This document shows positions 50,776 through 52,106 of a DNA stretch of 52,106 nucleotides, in pieces; position 1 is the first letter of the stretch; each line of letters opens with the position of its first letter. A model generated the notes under the pieces. The model was not told the DNA's origin and made no database searches. It worked only from the letters and a program-made list of their open reading frames with translations. The translations under genes were made by a program, and so were the position numbers. The stretch spans positions 5,233-57,338 of the forward strand of contig MQRK01220079.1 in the NCBI GenBank assembly GCA_001938485.1, read 5' to 3'. The stretch is from Girardia tigrina (lineage: Eukaryota).

Positions 50776-51460
50776 CAATCGACTTTCAGCAGCAAATGGT
50801 TCCATCGTCTACACTTATAGAACAATCCAATTATCGTTTTCATTGACGCAATTGTGCCAGACATTCCTTTGGGCTTTCACTGTGGCCGACGTCACCCAAC
50901 CAATTCTGGGAGCTGACTTCTTTGACCACTTCCAAATCCTTGTCGACTGCAGGAACAAAAAATTGATCTCCAACAACCGTTCTTCAGACTCCTCAGTCGT
51001 ACAGCCGGTTTTCTGTTTATTTAACCTCATCCAGTCACCAGCAGCAGACTTCATCAAGCAGATCATGGACATATTTCCTAATGTTCTTAGTCGATCTACT
51101 CATCCTAACCAGCCAGTTTGTATATCGTCGCATGTCATCATCACGACCAACTGCGCCCCAGTCCCACAGCGCCGAAGGGAACTGTCACAGGATAGACGAC
51201 TGCTGACCGAAAAGGAGTTCAAAGAGCTCGAAGAGTCTGGTGTTATTCGCCGCTCTGCATCACCATGGGTCGCTCCACTGCAAGTAGTCACAAAAAAGGA
51301 CGAATCGATAAGGGTCTGTGAGGATTATCAGGTGTCAACAAGGTCACGGTGCCTGACGCGTATCCGATACCCCTTATATCTGGCATTCTCCAACGTTTCG
51401 CTGGATGTACAGTCTTCATCACTGGATCTAACCAAGGCTTATCACCAGATCCCGGTTGAT
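50776..51460 (+). mobile_element. Gypsy protease/RT fragment of a second lineage (type usually paired with DUF7041 Gag)
   Basis: ADVTQPILGADFFDHF, IRRSASPWVAPLQVV, LDLTKAYHQIPV. Confidence 0.9.
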
Positions 51461-51989
51461 TTTTATTTTGAACATAATTTAATTTTTTACAAAAATAATT
51501 ATTGCTAGATTAATATCGTTTCTTAAAATATATTTTGATTATTGAAACAAATACCAAAAAATGCGAGAAAAAATAATGAAATAAATGGAACCATATTTAA
51601 TTAATTTTCAAAGGAATTTATATATATATACCACGTTTGTTTCAAATTAGAAAAATTGTTTTTCAAATGGGACAATTTCTTAATATTCTGTTTTAAAGAA
51701 AGAAAATTGCAATTAATAATTTATTTATGAACGTAAGGTGTTTAAGCTGTCGAATTTGTAATATTTCAGGCAAAATATCTAAAGTATCCCAAGCAGTCAC
51801 TTTCTGTTATTTGACTAAGCTCATTGAAATTGTTATGACTTATCAATAATCTATTGTATACTTACTACAACTCTTAGAAATAATCTTTTCATGTGCAGTA
51901 GTTGATAAGTCATATTGAATTATAATTTTGTGTCGTGTACTTATTTATTGATTTATTCTTTTTTATATTTTAAAAGTTATAATAGACGT

Positions 51990-52106
51990 CAGTAGGGAGA
52001 AAATGGGCATTCGGCCTACACCCCCCCCTAGCCGTAACCATGGCAACGGTATGGGTTATCGTGGTTACCATGGCAACCGTCCCGATTACCATAGCAACGG
52101 TCGCGG
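51990..52106. repeat. Start of a repeat with tandem X-box-like palindromes (related remnant at ~17805-17915)
   Basis: GTAACCATGGCAAC, GTTACCATGGCAAC, ATTACCATAGCAAC. Truncated by the window end. Confidence 0.6.

Overview
AT-rich eukaryotic scaffold with 7 N-gaps, tiny 41-58 bp GT-AG introns and dense transposon debris. The 18S rDNA fragment, AT-richness, intron sizes and TE spectrum suggest a triclad flatworm (planarian); this is inference, not verified. Three intact host genes can be reconstructed by hand: an 8-exon tetraspanin (27187-35053 +), an intronless CWC21/SRRM2-like gene with a recent 141-bp in-frame duplication (40912-41796 -), and a 2-exon secreted, very basic Grp7-allergen/TULIP-like protein (23547-24198 -). 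The rest is mostly decayed Ty3/Gypsy internal regions and solo LTRs, Tc1/mariner/pogo/hAT elements and MITEs, and Penelope-like elements. Most notable observations: (i) several decayed, intronless ZCCHC14/ZCCHC2 (Smaug-family)-like copies, one of them pasted into a Penelope-like ORF between 27-bp direct repeats; (ii) a Penelope element with a minimal hammerhead ribozyme and a twin-priming-type 5' inversion; (iii) an LTR family with non-canonical TG...TA ends; (iv) a tandem pair of G-U-rich hairpins ahead of a Penelope-like ORF. No CRISPR or prokaryotic systems. All homology calls are from motif recognition by eye.
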